A stretch of DNA of 64,000 nt from Escherichia coli (GCF_003991155.1 NZ_CP031293.1), one strand, 5' to 3'; counted from the first letter of the stretch, positions 1 through 14,470 are shown. Notes: generated by a model not told the origin, from the letters alone. Translations and numbers: made by a program.

Positions 1-769
1 GCAGGCGGTATTTCGGTTCGCCGTACTGATGAAACGGTAACAGATGGATCTGCCTGATATTCAGCGGGATCAGCACGTCCAGCGCCTGCTGCATATTCTC
101 CCGGCTGAGCGTGAAACCAGGGATCAGCGGTAAACGCGGGATCACGTTGACGCCCTCACTCACCAGCAAACGCAGATTCTCCAGCACGCGTGGCAGGTTC
201 ATCTTCACCACATCCCGCGCCTGAGTCGCGTCCATAATTTTTAAATCGAACAACACTTCATCGCACAATTTCGCCAGCGGTAACAGCTTGCTGGCTGGCG
301 CGTCTCCGGCAGTTTCAATGGCGCATGACACGCCCCACAACCGCAGCCGCTGTAAAAAACGGGTAGCAAACTCCGCCTGCATTAACACTTCGCCGCCAGA
401 AAGCGTGACGCCGCCGCCGGACGTGCGAAAGAAAATGTCATCTTTCATCACTTCCCGTTCCAGCGCGTCAAGGCTGATATCGCGGCCAATCCGTTCAAAC
501 GCCCCGGAGGGGCATTCATCCGCATCACGCAAACATTTCGCACAGTGCAGACATTTCGCCTCTCTGCGTACCGTCTGGATTTTGCCGGAGATCGACTCCG
601 GATTAGCACACCATGGGCAAAGATGCGGACAGCCTTTAAAAAAGACCACCGTACGAATGCCCTCGCCGTCATTCAGTGAATAACGCTGAATGTTGAAAAT
701 GCGCGCCACATCATCGCGGCGCGTTTCCACAACGTTACAGCTGATGCGCTGTCCGGCGGATGATGTCAT
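1..769 (-). CDS. pflC: Pyruvate formate-lyase 2 activating enzyme (glycyl-radical activase), 3' end truncated by the window edge
   Basis: Minus-strand translation begins MTSSAGQRISCNVV at 769 and contains the radical-SAM cluster motif CPHLCPWCANPE (around 590-630); overlaps the pflD stop by about 35 bp; runs off the window start. Confidence 0.85.
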   Translation of the reverse strand, partial: MTSSAGQRISCNVVETRRDDVARIFNIQRYSLNDGEGIRTVVFFKGCPHLCPWCANPESISGKIQTVRREAKCLHCAKCLRDADECPSGAFERIGRDISLDALEREVMKDDIFFRTSGGGVTLSGGEVLMQAEFATRFLQRLRLWGVSCAIETAGDAPASKLLPLAKLCDEVLFDLKIMDATQARDVVKMNLPRVLENLRLLVSEGVNVIPRLPLIPGFTLSRENMQQALDVLIPLNIRQIHLLPFHQYGEPKYRL

Positions 770-3032
770 CCTGGATCTCCTTCGACAGTTCGACAAAGAA
801 GGCGCTGTATCCGGCAACGCGCACCACCAGCCCGGCATAATCTTGTGGGCGCTGTTGCGCTTCCCGCAACGTGTCGGCGTTCACCACGTTAAACTGAATA
901 TGCTGCAACTTAAGCTGGGTAAACGCCCGTAAGAAGTCGGCCAGTTTGCGTAATCCCGCTTCACCTTCCAGGGTCGCCGGAGTGAATTTCACGTTCAGCA
1001 ACGTACCGTTAGACAGCAGCGTATTATCGAGCTTACTGACTGACTTCAGTACCGCCGTTGGCCCTTGTGCGTCCTGGCCCAGCATGGGTGACAAGCCGCC
1101 GTCTGCCAGCTGTTCTCCGGCAAAACGACCGTCTGGCGTCGCGCCAACCACCGATCCCAACGGGACGTGAGCAGAAACGGTATACGATCCCGGCGTGAAG
1201 TAGCCGCCGCGCGGGTTCTGGTATTTTTCCACTTCTTTGCAGTAGTGGCGTAACAGTTCGGCGCTGATGTTATCCACCTCGTCGATATCGTTACCGTATT
1301 TCTCGAAGCGGTTAATTAAGCGAGCACGGACTTTTTCGCCTTCTGGCGTTGCGAAGTTGGCTTTTAATACCGACAGCAATTCGTCAAAACTTAAACGCTG
1401 TTGCTCAAAAACCATACCTTTCAACGCATGGAGAGAATCGCTCAGGTTGGCGATACCGATCCCCTGTACGCCGGAGAAGTTATAACGCGCACCGCCATCG
1501 GTAATATCGCGGCCTTTTTCCAGACAATCGCTGATAAACGATGAGAGCAGCGGTACAGGTGCCCAGTCACGGTGACCGATATCGCAAATATTGCTGCCCT
1601 CAACCATCAGGGTGATGTAGTGGCTGATCTTGGCGCGGATCTGCTCCAGTAAACCTTCATAAGTCAGCGCAGCATTGCCTTCATTTTCATGCAGGCAGAT
1701 TTCCATCACTTTCAGCAGATTAAACATCGCGATGTCATGCAAGCCGTAGGTTCTGCCGGGAATAGATAATTCCACACAGCCCACTACGGAATAGTCGCGT
1801 GCATCTTCCAGCGAAACGCCACGGTTGAGGAACGCTGGCACCACTACTTCATCGTTAAAGATTTGCGGAATACCGGTGCCGAGGCGAATGGTTTCGGCGG
1901 TTTTCATCAGGAACGGCGTGTCGATCAAGGCGTTAGTGCGCACCCCCAGGTTCGGTTGCGGTAATTGCACGCTTTGATAGGCGTCAAGGCAAAGGAACGA
2001 AAGCACGTTCACCGCGCTACGTCCGTTCTCGGTTAACCCGCCGAGCAGTGCGGTATAGCCGGTCGGGAAACCGGCGAAATAACGCGCGCTACTGGTGGAG
2101 CGCAACAGCACGATGTCGTTGCATTTCACCCATAAAGATTCGAGCAGTTCTTTCAGGAACGCCGGATCTTCGCCCTGGGTTAATGATGCCTGATAGAACG
2201 GCAACATATACTGGTCGAAGCGCCCTAAAGACAGCGAACTGGCGTTGGATTCGTATTGCAGAATGATGTTCATGTACCAGAACAACTGGCACGCTTGCCA
2301 GAACGTCTGCGGCTTATGTTCGGCGTTATGGCGAGAGATCTCCGCAATAGTCAGCAGTTCTTCGCGACGCTGGGCATCTGTGCAGTTTGCCGCCATCGTT
2401 TCCGCCAGTTCGGCGTAACGCAAAATGTGTTTCTGTGAGGCTTCGAGCAGTAACAGCGCTGCCTGATAAAAGTGATTCTCCGGCTGTTGCTGACAATGTT
2501 GCTGCATTTGCGCTACCAGCTCACCCAGCCCGTGATTCAGCAGGCGCGGGTAATCAATAATAATGTGCCCCTGGCCTTTATCCGTCTGGTTGATGCTGAA
2601 AATCTGCGTGCTGGTCGCGGCTTTTACTTCATCCGTCATCTGCCCGTTGATGAAATCTTTCATCGAACGTTTTTCCCAGTACGGGAACAACTCTTCGCGG
2701 TAGATACGTTTATCTTCTTCGCTGATAGCAAAGCGGTCCTGCGGACGCGTCGGGAATTGATCCAGCTCTTTCAGCAGCCAGTAAGGGTCCATTTCCGGCG
2801 ACATAATCCCGGCGCGTGGTTTTACGGTGCGGTTACCGGCAATCAGTTCTTCATCACGAATCGAAATTTCAACGTGTTCAAGGATATACGCTGTTGCTTT
2901 CGCCCGGCGCAATATCACCGGTTCGCCTTCGGTTTGCCGATGGCTGGCGGTATAAAGCAGCGCCCGCTCCAGCGAGATTTCACGGGTATTGGCAAACAGT
3001 GCAGTTTTGAGGCGAGAGATACGATTCGTCAT
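735..3032 (-). CDS. pflD: Formate acetyltransferase 2-like glycyl radical enzyme
   Basis: 765 aa ORF; C-terminal glycyl-radical region RVAGYSAFF; recognised as E. coli PflD; sits in the frwCB-pflDC arrangement. Confidence 0.93.
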   Translation of the reverse strand: MTNRISRLKTALFANTREISLERALLYTASHRQTEGEPVILRRAKATAYILEHVEISIRDEELIAGNRTVKPRAGIMSPEMDPYWLLKELDQFPTRPQDRFAISEEDKRIYREELFPYWEKRSMKDFINGQMTDEVKAATSTQIFSINQTDKGQGHIIIDYPRLLNHGLGELVAQMQQHCQQQPENHFYQAALLLLEASQKHILRYAELAETMAANCTDAQRREELLTIAEISRHNAEHKPQTFWQACQLFWYMNIILQYESNASSLSLGRFDQYMLPFYQASLTQGEDPAFLKELLESLWVKCNDIVLLRSTSSARYFAGFPTGYTALLGGLTENGRSAVNVLSFLCLDAYQSVQLPQPNLGVRTNALIDTPFLMKTAETIRLGTGIPQIFNDEVVVPAFLNRGVSLEDARDYSVVGCVELSIPGRTYGLHDIAMFNLLKVMEICLHENEGNAALTYEGLLEQIRAKISHYITLMVEGSNICDIGHRDWAPVPLLSSFISDCLEKGRDITDGGARYNFSGVQGIGIANLSDSLHALKGMVFEQQRLSFDELLSVLKANFATPEGEKVRARLINRFEKYGNDIDEVDNISAELLRHYCKEVEKYQNPRGGYFTPGSYTVSAHVPLGSVVGATPDGRFAGEQLADGGLSPMLGQDAQGPTAVLKSVSKLDNTLLSNGTLLNVKFTPATLEGEAGLRKLADFLRAFTQLKLQHIQFNVVNADTLREAQQRPQDYAGLVVRVAGYSAFFVELSKEIQDDIIRRTAHQL

Positions 3033-3082
3033 GAGGAACTCCTGTGGGAAAGCGAACCCGCCCTTACGGGCGGGATAAGAAC

Positions 3083-3403
3083 TTAAGCGGTTTGTGCCAG
3101 GTGAGCTTCAATTTTGCTCATAATGGCATCAGCGCGTTTTACCGCGTCGCTGATGTTGACGCGCACGATGGTCTTGCCAGCAAAACGCTCTTCAAACTTG
3201 ATGCCGATATCTTTGGTCAGAATCACCATATCGGCGCTCGCCACGTCTTCCGCAGTCAGTTCATTTTCCAGACCAATCGAGCCCTGGGTTTCTACTTTCA
3301 CTTCCCAGCCTTTCGCTTTCGCGGCACTTTCCAGCGCCTCTGCCGCCATATAGGTATGGGCAACACCAGATGGACACGCGGTTACTGCAATAATTTTCGT
3401 CAT
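3083..3403 (-). CDS. frwB: PTS fructose-like enzyme IIB component
   Basis: 106 aa ORF starting MTKIIAVTACPSGVAHTYMAAE with the IIB phospho-cysteine motif; position between frwC and pflD. Confidence 0.9.
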   Translation of the reverse strand: MTKIIAVTACPSGVAHTYMAAEALESAAKAKGWEVKVETQGSIGLENELTAEDVASADMVILTKDIGIKFEERFAGKTIVRVNISDAVKRADAIMSKIEAHLAQTA

Positions 3404-3417
3404 GGCTCGTTCCTCAA

Positions 3418-4497
3418 TTAATTAATTTCAAAATCCAAATCCAGGTCGTCTTCTTTTTCATCAGTCGAAGACCCATTTTTACGCGCCAGACTTTTCAGCA
3501 CGTTCACACAAACAGCCGTCACCACTGCTCCGACAGCCACTGCTGCGATATAACCCAGCTTGCCTTCAACCACCGGCAGCACAATCAGACCACCCCAGCC
3601 TGCATAGCACTGCGCACCGACCAGCGCCGCAGTTACTGCACCACAAACTGAACCGCTCATGATGGAAGGAATAACACGCAGCGGATCGGCAGCGGCGAAA
3701 GGAATCGCCCCTTCAGTAACCCCAACGCACCCCATCACCAGCGCCGCTTTACCGGTTTCGCGCTCTTCTGCGGAGAAATTTTTACGACCAATCAGCGTCG
3801 CCAGCCCCATCCCCAGCGGCGGAACACAAATCCCCACGGCAGCAATGGCCACCACGGTATAAACACCCTGAGCAACGCAAATCAGCATGAAGGCATAGGC
3901 CACTTTGTTAACCGGACCGCCCATATCGAACGCCAGCATCAGCCCCATGATCACCGCCAGCATAACAATGCTGCCCTGCTGCATCCCCTGTAGCCACTGA
4001 GTCAGGCTGTTGGTCAACGCCCCCACCGGCTCGCCCAGCCCCCACATCATGACGCCAGCGGTAATCAGTGTGCCGACGATTGGAATGATGAAGATTGGCA
4101 TCACCGAGCGCAGAACTTTATGCACCGGAATTTTCTTCAGGTAATGCACCACGATGCCGCCGATAATCCCGGCGATCAGTGCACCAAAGAAGCCCGCGCC
4201 AAAGCTGTTACCAACCCAGGCACCGATAGCGCATGGAGCCAGCGCAGAACGTTCTGCAATGGAATAACCGATGTAAGCGGCGAGGAAAGGCACCATCAGC
4301 GTCAAACCTGCAACGCCGATATCAAACAGTTTTTTCAGATTCGGATCGGCTACGGCATCCGGCACTGCGCCTTTGCCATACAACATGACGGAAACCGCCA
4401 GCAAAATACCGCCCGATACCACGAAGGGAATCATGTGTGAAACGCCCGTCATTAAATGCTGACGGGTATTTTTCAGGATCTGCACCAACTCATTCAT
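3418..4497 (-). CDS. frwC: PTS fructose-like enzyme IIC permease component
   Basis: 359 aa polytopic membrane protein ORF; synteny with frwB/pflD. Confidence 0.9.
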   Translation of the reverse strand: MNELVQILKNTRQHLMTGVSHMIPFVVSGGILLAVSVMLYGKGAVPDAVADPNLKKLFDIGVAGLTLMVPFLAAYIGYSIAERSALAPCAIGAWVGNSFGAGFFGALIAGIIGGIVVHYLKKIPVHKVLRSVMPIFIIPIVGTLITAGVMMWGLGEPVGALTNSLTQWLQGMQQGSIVMLAVIMGLMLAFDMGGPVNKVAYAFMLICVAQGVYTVVAIAAVGICVPPLGMGLATLIGRKNFSAEERETGKAALVMGCVGVTEGAIPFAAADPLRVIPSIMSGSVCGAVTAALVGAQCYAGWGGLIVLPVVEGKLGYIAAVAVGAVVTAVCVNVLKSLARKNGSSTDEKEDDLDLDFEIN

Positions 4498-4805
4498 AAG
4501 CTGCTCCCGGGCTTGCGAAAGCCCATGTCCATATTTTTGATGGAAGAAACAATAGGCAATCGCAGGCGGAGCAAACAGTGGATAAAAAGGCCATTTACTG
4601 GACTTTTGTAATATCAGTACAAAAATGCGATCCGCCTCATAACTTGCGATAATCCGGAAGCATGCCGCAAAACGGCGTCTTGTGAGACGCGTCGCAAATT
4701 GACGGTTACATTACATTTGTCCAGCTTTTGGCAGATTTGTCACATGGCAGGCCGTTACCGTGCGCTCTTATCCTGTAAACAGAAAACCGTACCGGGAGAA
4801 AGGCA

Positions 4806-7307
4806 ATGGCCCTGATTGTGGAATTTATTTGTGAGCTACCTAACGGCGTCCATGCGCGTCCGGCAAGCCACGTTGAAACGCTGTGTAATACTTTTTCATC
4901 ACAAATTGAGTGGCATAACCTGCGCACTGACCGCAAGGGCAACGCCAAAAGCGCCCTTGCGCTGATTGGCACCGACACGCTGGCGGGCGATAACTGCCAG
5001 TTACTGATTTCCGGGGCCGACGAACAGGAAGCGCACCAGCGTTTAAGCCAATGGCTGCGCGATGAATTCCCCCACTGCGATGCGCCGCTGGCAGAAGTTA
5101 AATCTGACGAACTGGAACCACTGCCGGTTTCACTGACCAATCTGAATCCGCAAATTATCCGCGCCCGCACCGTGTGCAGCGGTAGCGCAGGCGGCATTCT
5201 GACGCCGATCTCTTCTTTAGATCTCAATGCGCTGGGTAATCTTCCCGCTGCCAAAGGCGTTGACGCCGAGCAATCCGCGCTGGAAAACGGCCTGACGCTG
5301 GTACTGAAAAACATTGAGTTTCGTCTGCTGGATAGCGACGGTGCTACCAGCGCGATTCTGGAAGCGCACCGATCCCTGGCTGGCGATACTTCCCTGCGCG
5401 AACATTTACTGGCAGGCGTCAGCGAGGGATTAAGCTGTGCCGAAGCGATTGTCGCCAGTGCACACCACTTCTGCGAAGAGTTTTCCCGTTCCAGCAGCAG
5501 CTACCTGCAAGAACGCGCCCTGGACGTACGCGACGTCTGCTTCCAGTTACTCCAGCAAATCTACGGTGAGCAACGCTTCCCGGCACCGGGCAAACTGACG
5601 CAGCCCGCCATTTGTATGGCGGATGAACTGACCCCCAGCCAGTTCCTCGAACTGGATAAAAATCACCTCAAAGGATTGTTGCTCAAAAGCGGCGGCACCA
5701 CCTCACATACGGTGATCCTTGCCCGTTCGTTCAACATTCCGACGCTGGTTGGTGTGGATATTGATGCCCTCACTCCGTGGCAGCATCAAACGATTTATAT
5801 CGACGGCAACGCTGGGGCGATTGTGGTTGAGCCAGGGGAAGCCGTAGCTCGTTATTATCAGCAGGAAGCCCGCGTACAGGATGCCCTGCGTGAGCAACAG
5901 CGAGTCTGGCTGACCCAACAAGCCCGTACCGCTGACGGTATCCGCATTGAAATTGCTGCTAACATCGCTCACTCCGTGGAAGCGCAGGCTGCATTCGGCA
6001 ATGGTGCGGAAGGCGTTGGTTTATTCCGCACTGAAATGCTCTATATGGATCGCACCAGTGCACCGGGCGAAAGCGAGCTGTACAACATTTTTTGTCAGGC
6101 GCTGGAGTCCGCCAACGGACGCAGCATTATTGTGCGCACTATGGATATTGGCGGTGACAAACCCGTTGATTATCTGAACATTCCCGCAGAGGCAAACCCG
6201 TTCCTCGGTTATCGCGCCGTGCGTATTTATGAAGAGTACGCGTCGTTATTTACCACACAACTACGGTCGATCCTGCGTGCCTCCGCTCACGGCAGCCTGA
6301 AAATCATGATCCCGATGATCTCCTCAATGGAAGAGATCTTATGGGTAAAAGAAAAACTGGCAGAAGCCAAACAGCAACTACGTAACGAACACATTCCGTT
6401 TGATGAGAAGATCCAGCTCGGCATTATGCTGGAAGTGCCGTCGGTGATGTTCATCATCGATCAATGCTGCGAAGAGATTGATTTCTTTAGTATCGGTAGT
6501 AATGACCTGACGCAATATCTGCTGGCAGTGGATCGCGATAACGCTAAGGTTACTCGTCACTATAACAGCCTGAATCCGGCATTCCTGCGGGCGCTCGATT
6601 ACGCCGTGCAGGCGGTGCATCGCCAGGGCAAATGGATTGGTCTGTGCGGTGAACTAGGAGCGAAAGGTTCCGTGCTGCCGTTGCTGGTCGGCTTAGGGCT
6701 GGATGAACTCAGCATGAGCGCACCATCAATTCCGGCGGCGAAAGCGCGGATGGCGCAACTTGATAGCCGTGAGTGCCGCAAGTTGCTCAACCAGGCAATG
6801 GCCTGCCGTACTTCGCTGGAAGTGGAACACCTGCTGGCGCAATTCCGCATGACCCAACAAGACGCACCGCTGGTCACCGCCGAGTGCATCACACTGGAAA
6901 GCGACTGGCGCAGCAAAGAAGAAGTGCTCAAAGGCATGACCGATAACCTGCTGCTGGCGGGCCGCTGTCGCTATCCGCGTAAACTGGAAGCCGACTTGTG
7001 GGCGCGCGAGGCCGTTTTCTCTACCGGTCTGGGCTTTAGTTTTGCCATTCCCCACAGCAAATCAGAACACATTGAGCAATCCACCATCAGCGTGGCGCGT
7101 CTGGCAGCGCCGGTGCGCTGGGGCGATGATGAAGCGCAATTCATCATTATGTTAACCCTGAACAAACACGCCGCGGGCGATCAACATATGCGCATTTTCT
7201 CGCGCCTCGCTCGCCGCATCATGCACGAAGAATTCCGTAACGCGCTGGTTAACGCCGCCTCTGCCGACGCTATCGCCAGCCTGCTGCAACATGAACTGGA
7301 ACTGTAA
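4806..7307 (+). CDS. ptsA: Multiphosphoryl transfer protein (HPr-like, enzyme I-like and IIA-like domains)
   Basis: 833 aa ORF; N-terminal HPr-like domain (GVHARPA), central PEP-utilising enzyme I domain ([19 protein letters not shown]), C-terminal IIA-like domain; divergent from frwC. Confidence 0.93.
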   Translation: MALIVEFICELPNGVHARPASHVETLCNTFSSQIEWHNLRTDRKGNAKSALALIGTDTLAGDNCQLLISGADEQEAHQRLSQWLRDEFPHCDAPLAEVKSDELEPLPVSLTNLNPQIIRARTVCSGSAGGILTPISSLDLNALGNLPAAKGVDAEQSALENGLTLVLKNIEFRLLDSDGATSAILEAHRSLAGDTSLREHLLAGVSEGLSCAEAIVASAHHFCEEFSRSSSSYLQERALDVRDVCFQLLQQIYGEQRFPAPGKLTQPAICMADELTPSQFLELDKNHLKGLLLKSGGTTSHTVILARSFNIPTLVGVDIDALTPWQHQTIYIDGNAGAIVVEPGEAVARYYQQEARVQDALREQQRVWLTQQARTADGIRIEIAANIAHSVEAQAAFGNGAEGVGLFRTEMLYMDRTSAPGESELYNIFCQALESANGRSIIVRTMDIGGDKPVDYLNIPAEANPFLGYRAVRIYEEYASLFTTQLRSILRASAHGSLKIMIPMISSMEEILWVKEKLAEAKQQLRNEHIPFDEKIQLGIMLEVPSVMFIIDQCCEEIDFFSIGSNDLTQYLLAVDRDNAKVTRHYNSLNPAFLRALDYAVQAVHRQGKWIGLCGELGAKGSVLPLLVGLGLDELSMSAPSIPAAKARMAQLDSRECRKLLNQAMACRTSLEVEHLLAQFRMTQQDAPLVTAECITLESDWRSKEEVLKGMTDNLLLAGRCRYPRKLEADLWAREAVFSTGLGFSFAIPHSKSEHIEQSTISVARLAAPVRWGDDEAQFIIMLTLNKHAAGDQHMRIFSRLARRIMHEEFRNALVNAASADAIASLLQHELEL

Positions 7308-7318
7308 AAGGAAACATC

Positions 7319-7981
7319 ATGGAACTGTATCTGGACACCGCTAACGTCGCAGAAGTCGAACGTCTGGCACGCATATTCCCGATTGCCGGGGTGACAACTA
7401 ACCCGAGCATTATCGCTGCCAGCAAGGAGTCCATATGGGAAGTGCTGCCGCGTCTGCAAAAAGCGATTGGTGATGAGGGCATTCTGTTTGCTCAGACCAT
7501 GAGCCGCGACGCGCAGGGGATGGTGGAAGAAGCGAAGCGCCTGCGCGACGCCATTCCGGGCATTGTGGTGAAAATCCCGGTAACCTCTGAAGGTCTGGCA
7601 GCAATTAAAATGCTGAAGAAAGAAGGCATTACTACGCTGGGAACCGCAGTGTACAGCGCCGCGCAAGGATTACTGGCGGCGCTGGCTGGAGCCAAATACG
7701 TTGCTCCATACGTTAACCGCGTAGATGCCCAGGGCGGTGACGGCATTCGTACTGTACAGGAGTTGCAAGCGTTACTGGAAATGCATGCGCCAGAAAGCAT
7801 GGTGCTGGCTGCCAGCTTTAAAACACCACGTCAGGCGCTGGATTGTTTGCTGGCTGGATGTGAATCCATCACACTGCCCTTAGATGTAGCGCAACAAATG
7901 CTTAACACCCCTGCGGTAGAGTCAGCTATAGAGAAGTTCGAGCACGACTGGAATGCCGCATTTGGCACTACTCATCTCTAA
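7319..7981 (+). CDS. fsaB: Fructose-6-phosphate aldolase 2 (transaldolase-like)
   Basis: 220 aa ORF starting [13 protein letters not shown]; TalC/Fsa family; 11 bp after ptsA. Confidence 0.93.
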   Translation: MELYLDTANVAEVERLARIFPIAGVTTNPSIIAASKESIWEVLPRLQKAIGDEGILFAQTMSRDAQGMVEEAKRLRDAIPGIVVKIPVTSEGLAAIKMLKKEGITTLGTAVYSAAQGLLAALAGAKYVAPYVNRVDAQGGDGIRTVQELQALLEMHAPESMVLAASFKTPRQALDCLLAGCESITLPLDVAQQMLNTPAVESAIEKFEHDWNAAFGTTHL

Positions 7982-7991
7982 AGGAGTAATT

Positions 7992-9095
7992 ATGGACCGC
8001 ATTATTCAATCACCAGGTAAATACATCCAGGGCGCAGATGTAATTAATCGTCTGGGCGAGTACCTGAAGCCACTGGCGGAACGCTGGTTAGTGGTGGGTG
8101 ACAAATTTGTTTTAGGTTTTGCTCAATCCACTGTCGAGAAAAGCTTTAAAGATGCTGGACTGGTAGTAGAAATTGCGCCGTTTGGCGGTGAATGTTCGCA
8201 AAATGAGATCGACCGTCTGCGTGGCATCGCGGAGACTGCGCAGTGTGGCGCAATTCTCGGTATCGGTGGCGGAAAAACCCTCGATACTGCCAAAGCACTG
8301 GCACATTTCATGGGTGTTCCGGTAGCGATCGCACCGACTATCGCCTCTACCGACGCACCGTGCAGTGCGTTGTCTGTTATCTACACCGATGAGGGTGAGT
8401 TTGACCGCTATCTGATGTTGCCAAATAACCCGAATATGGTCATTGTCGACACCAAAATCGTCGCTGGCGCACCTGCACGTCTGTTAGCGGCGGGTATCGG
8501 CGATGCGCTGGCAACCTGGTTTGAAGCACGCGCCTGTTCCCGTAGCGGCGCGACCACCATGGCGGGCGGCAAGTGCACTCAGGCAGCGCTGGCACTGGCT
8601 GAACTGTGCTACAACACCCTGCTGGAAGAAGGCGAAAAAGCGATGCTTGCCGCCGAACAGCATGTAGTGACTCCGGCGCTGGAGCGCGTGATTGAAGCGA
8701 ACACCTATTTGAGCGGTGTTGGTTTTGAAAGCGGCGGGCTGGCGGCGGCACACGCGGTACATAACGGCCTGACCGCTATCCCGGACGCGCATCACTATTA
8801 TCATGGTGAAAAAGTGGCATTCGGTACGCTGACGCAGCTGGTTCTGGAAAACGCGCCGGTGGAGGAAATCGAAACCGTAGCTGCGCTTAGCCATGCGGTA
8901 GGTTTGCCAATAACTCTCGCTCAACTGGATATTAAAGAAGATGTCCCGGCGAAAATGCGAATTGTGGCAGAAGCGGCATGTGCAGAAGGTGAAACCATCC
9001 ACAACATGCCTGGCGGCGCAACGCCAGATCAGGTTTACGCCGCACTGCTGGTAGCTGACCAGTATGGACAACGTTTCCTGCAAGAGTGGGAATAA
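7992..9095 (+). CDS. gldA: Glycerol dehydrogenase
   Basis: 367 aa from [13 protein letters not shown]; iron-type alcohol dehydrogenase motifs ([12 protein letters not shown]); the ORF-track start at 7953 is an upstream in-frame extension overlapping fsaB. Confidence 0.93.
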   Translation: MDRIIQSPGKYIQGADVINRLGEYLKPLAERWLVVGDKFVLGFAQSTVEKSFKDAGLVVEIAPFGGECSQNEIDRLRGIAETAQCGAILGIGGGKTLDTAKALAHFMGVPVAIAPTIASTDAPCSALSVIYTDEGEFDRYLMLPNNPNMVIVDTKIVAGAPARLLAAGIGDALATWFEARACSRSGATTMAGGKCTQAALALAELCYNTLLEEGEKAMLAAEQHVVTPALERVIEANTYLSGVGFESGGLAAAHAVHNGLTAIPDAHHYYHGEKVAFGTLTQLVLENAPVEEIETVAALSHAVGLPITLAQLDIKEDVPAKMRIVAEAACAEGETIHNMPGGATPDQVYAALLVADQYGQRFLQEWE

Positions 9096-9103
9096 CCTAC
9101 TCC

Positions 9104-9130
9104 AAACTCCCGGCTTGTCCGGGAGTTTGA
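9104..9130 (+). terminator. Hairpin immediately downstream of gldA (caaactcccgg-cttgt-ccgggagtttg)
   Basis: Perfect 11 bp inverted repeat 9 bp after the gldA stop; no strong T-run, so intrinsic-terminator function is uncertain. Confidence 0.5.
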
Positions 9131-9171
9131 GAGTGCAGGCAAAGTGGCTCACTCGTCACTGCGGGCATGTT

Positions 9172-9282
9172 TTTCCCCCTCGCCCTTTCAGGGAGAGGGG
9201 CGGGGTGAGGGTAAATATTCGCCCCGGAGCTGGCCTGTACCCCTCACCCTAACCCTCTCCCCAAAGGGGAGAGGGGACTGTT
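9172..9282. repeat. GC-rich imperfect palindromic intergenic repeat element (family not assigned)
   Basis: Segments gggagaggggcggggtgagggta and cccctcaccctaaccctctccccaaaggggagagggg are mutually complementary and internally palindromic; located in the gldA-yijF spacer. Confidence 0.5.
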
Positions 9283-9425
9283 CGAGCACTTTTTATACGT
9301 TATCACCCGTCTGAAACTCCCACGTTGTTCAGGAATTTTTTATCCGCTTCTGGACATTTTCTCCACAGAACAATCGTTAGCCCGGAAGGTCGAATCTGTG
9401 ACTCTTATTTTCACGGACGAAACAG

Positions 9426-10043
9426 ATGAAAGCTTCACTGGCGTTATTCAGTCTTCTGACGGTATTTACCAGTTACTCCTTAAAATCTCCCGCCGTTCCA
9501 CCAACCGTGGTACAAATCCAGGCCAACAGCAATCTTGCCATCGCAGACGGTGCCAGACAGCAAATCGGCAGCACGCTATTTTACGATCCGGCGTATGTGC
9601 AGCTTACCTATCCTGGCGGTGATGTCCCGCAAGAACGCGGCGTATGTTCCGATGTGGTGATCCGTGCATTGCGCAGCCAGAAGGTCGATTTGCAGAAACT
9701 GGTGCACGAAGATATGGCGAAGAATTTTGCTGCGTACCCGCAAAAATGGCAGTTAAAGCGCCCGGACAGCAACATCGATCACCGTCGGGTGCCTAATCTG
9801 GAAACCTGGTTTACCCGCCACGATAAAACACGCCCCACCAGCAAGAACCCCAGTGACTATCAATCGGGCGATATTGTCTCCTGGCGATTAGATAACGGGC
9901 TGGCACATATTGGGGTGGTGTCAGATGGCTTCGCCCGCGACGGTACGCCGCTGGTGATACATAACATTGGCGCAGGCGCGCAGGAAGAAGACGTGCTGTT
10001 TAGCTGGCGGATGGTGGGGCACTATCGGTATTTTGTTAAATAA
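9426..10043 (+). CDS. yijF: DUF1287-family secreted protein YijF
   Basis: 205 aa ORF with N-terminal signal peptide (MKASLALFSLLTVFTSYS); recognised as E. coli YijF; synteny. Confidence 0.88.
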   Translation: MKASLALFSLLTVFTSYSLKSPAVPPTVVQIQANSNLAIADGARQQIGSTLFYDPAYVQLTYPGGDVPQERGVCSDVVIRALRSQKVDLQKLVHEDMAKNFAAYPQKWQLKRPDSNIDHRRVPNLETWFTRHDKTRPTSKNPSDYQSGDIVSWRLDNGLAHIGVVSDGFARDGTPLVIHNIGAGAQEEDVLFSWRMVGHYRYFVK

Positions 10044-10069
10044 GCGATCGCCCCACATGAAGAAAAAAT

Positions 10070-10975
10070 TCAGATGTTTTTTACACTGACAGCTTCTTTT
10101 TTCTTACGGCTCACCAGCGCCAGTGCCAGCACAATCAGCACAATACCGCTACCTTCAACGGCCCCCGGATTCTCACCGAGCAGCCACCAGGAAAAGAGTA
10201 CGCCGCAAACGGGAACGGCCAGTGTGCTTAAGCTGGCAATACTGGCAGGCAAGTTTTTCAATACAAACAACCATAAGCTCCACGCCAGCGCTGTCGCCAG
10301 AATCGCACTGTAGGCCAGCGCCCAGAACACGGTGGGTTGCCAGTCAATTTCACGTTGCGGCACCAGTAAAGCGACCACGCTCATCACCAGCGCCGCATAC
10401 AGCATCTGCCAGGATGTTAGCGACAATAAATCCACGCGCGGATGGCGGGCATACAGACGTTTAGCAACAATCGCGCTCGCCCCCCAACTCACACCGGAGA
10501 GGATTGCCAGCATGGCGCTTTTCATCGAAGAGAAATCGAGTTGCCACGGCTGCAACACCAAAAATAAGCCGAAAGCGGCAATCAGTATCGCGAAATATTG
10601 CCCACGTCGCAGGCGTTCACCGAGAAACAACGCGGCGAAAATCACCACCCAGAACGGCATGGTATAGCTCAGGATTGCCACCTTCCCCGCTCCGCCGCTG
10701 ACCAGCGCCCACTGTGCCAGGCCGACCATCCCGCAGGTTTGTAACAGGGCAATGGCTAAGGTGTATTTAAACGGTGTCGGGCGCATTCCGCGACCACGTA
10801 ATAAAAGGACGATGAATAAAACGAGAGCGCCGAAAATGCAGCGTAAGGCGGTAAAGTCGAAGGCACCGATGTAGCTGGTGACTTGCTTCATGAAAATCCA
10901 GCTATAACTCCAGATAAGTGTGAGCACAACCAGGCCACTGATTGCCAGTGGGTTGCTCTTTCCTGCGGCAGACAT
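10070..10975 (-). CDS. yijE: EamA/DMT-family inner-membrane transporter (cystine exporter-like)
   Basis: About 301 aa polytopic membrane protein starting [17 protein letters not shown]; the ORF-track start at 11008 is an upstream extension. Confidence 0.88.
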   Translation of the reverse strand: MSAAGKSNPLAISGLVVLTLIWSYSWIFMKQVTSYIGAFDFTALRCIFGALVLFIVLLLRGRGMRPTPFKYTLAIALLQTCGMVGLAQWALVSGGAGKVAILSYTMPFWVVIFAALFLGERLRRGQYFAILIAAFGLFLVLQPWQLDFSSMKSAMLAILSGVSWGASAIVAKRLYARHPRVDLLSLTSWQMLYAALVMSVVALLVPQREIDWQPTVFWALAYSAILATALAWSLWLFVLKNLPASIASLSTLAVPVCGVLFSWWLLGENPGAVEGSGIVLIVLALALVSRKKKEAVSVKNI

Positions 10976-11017
10976 GAGAGATCCAGTGTGTAGTTTTCCT
11001 GTGGACACTATACGCCG

Positions 11018-11062
11018 GTAAAGAAACTTCAGCGACTGCCTGAAAGGCAGTCGCTGAAGAAG
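11018..11062 (-). terminator. katG terminator hairpin (cttcagcgactgcc-tgaaa-ggcagtcgctgaag)
   Basis: Perfect 14 bp inverted repeat just downstream of the katG stop, in the katG-yijE spacer. Confidence 0.6.
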
Positions 11063-11068
11063 GTCAGA

Positions 11069-13303
<2,235 letters not shown>

Positions 13304-13576
13304 TTATAATTGAATTAATCCACGGATGCGATAGTTGAGATCTTACATATTGTTGGTTAAAGAGATGTAGATCAAATTGATCGTAATTAAGCTTTTTTGA
13401 TTATGTCCGATTTCGGACAAATACTTTATAAAAAAGGGTTTTAGATTCGTATCCTTCAAGAAATGAGGGAGAAAACGAGGCTGACTACCTTATTTTCTCA
13501 CTCGCATTTCAGGCAGCATTTTGTGCTCTGTTTAAAATTTGTGATCGCAGTGTGATTTTCACAAAAGTCACAGTAT

Positions 13577-14470
<894 letters not shown>

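Noticed and set aside
2472-3086. 204 aa plus-strand ORF
   Set aside because: Antisense to pflD; shadow ORF.
4706-5314. 202 aa minus-strand ORF spanning the frwC-ptsA promoter region
   Set aside because: Overlaps the 5' end of ptsA in antisense; Ser/Ala/Arg-rich low-complexity translation.
7953-9095. N-terminally extended ORF-track starts (gldA shown; the same applies to katG at 13288, metB at 26033, metJ at 25995, priA at 27522, cdh at 46139, pfkA at 48421, fieF at 49450, kdgT at 55507, glpK at 38514)
   Set aside because: These are longest-ORF artefacts; the recognised protein N-termini begin at internal start codons, which are the coordinates reported in the feature list.
8484-9152. 222 aa minus-strand ORF
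   Set aside because: Antisense to gldA; Arg/Cys-rich translation typical of an out-of-frame reading of a GC-rich gene.
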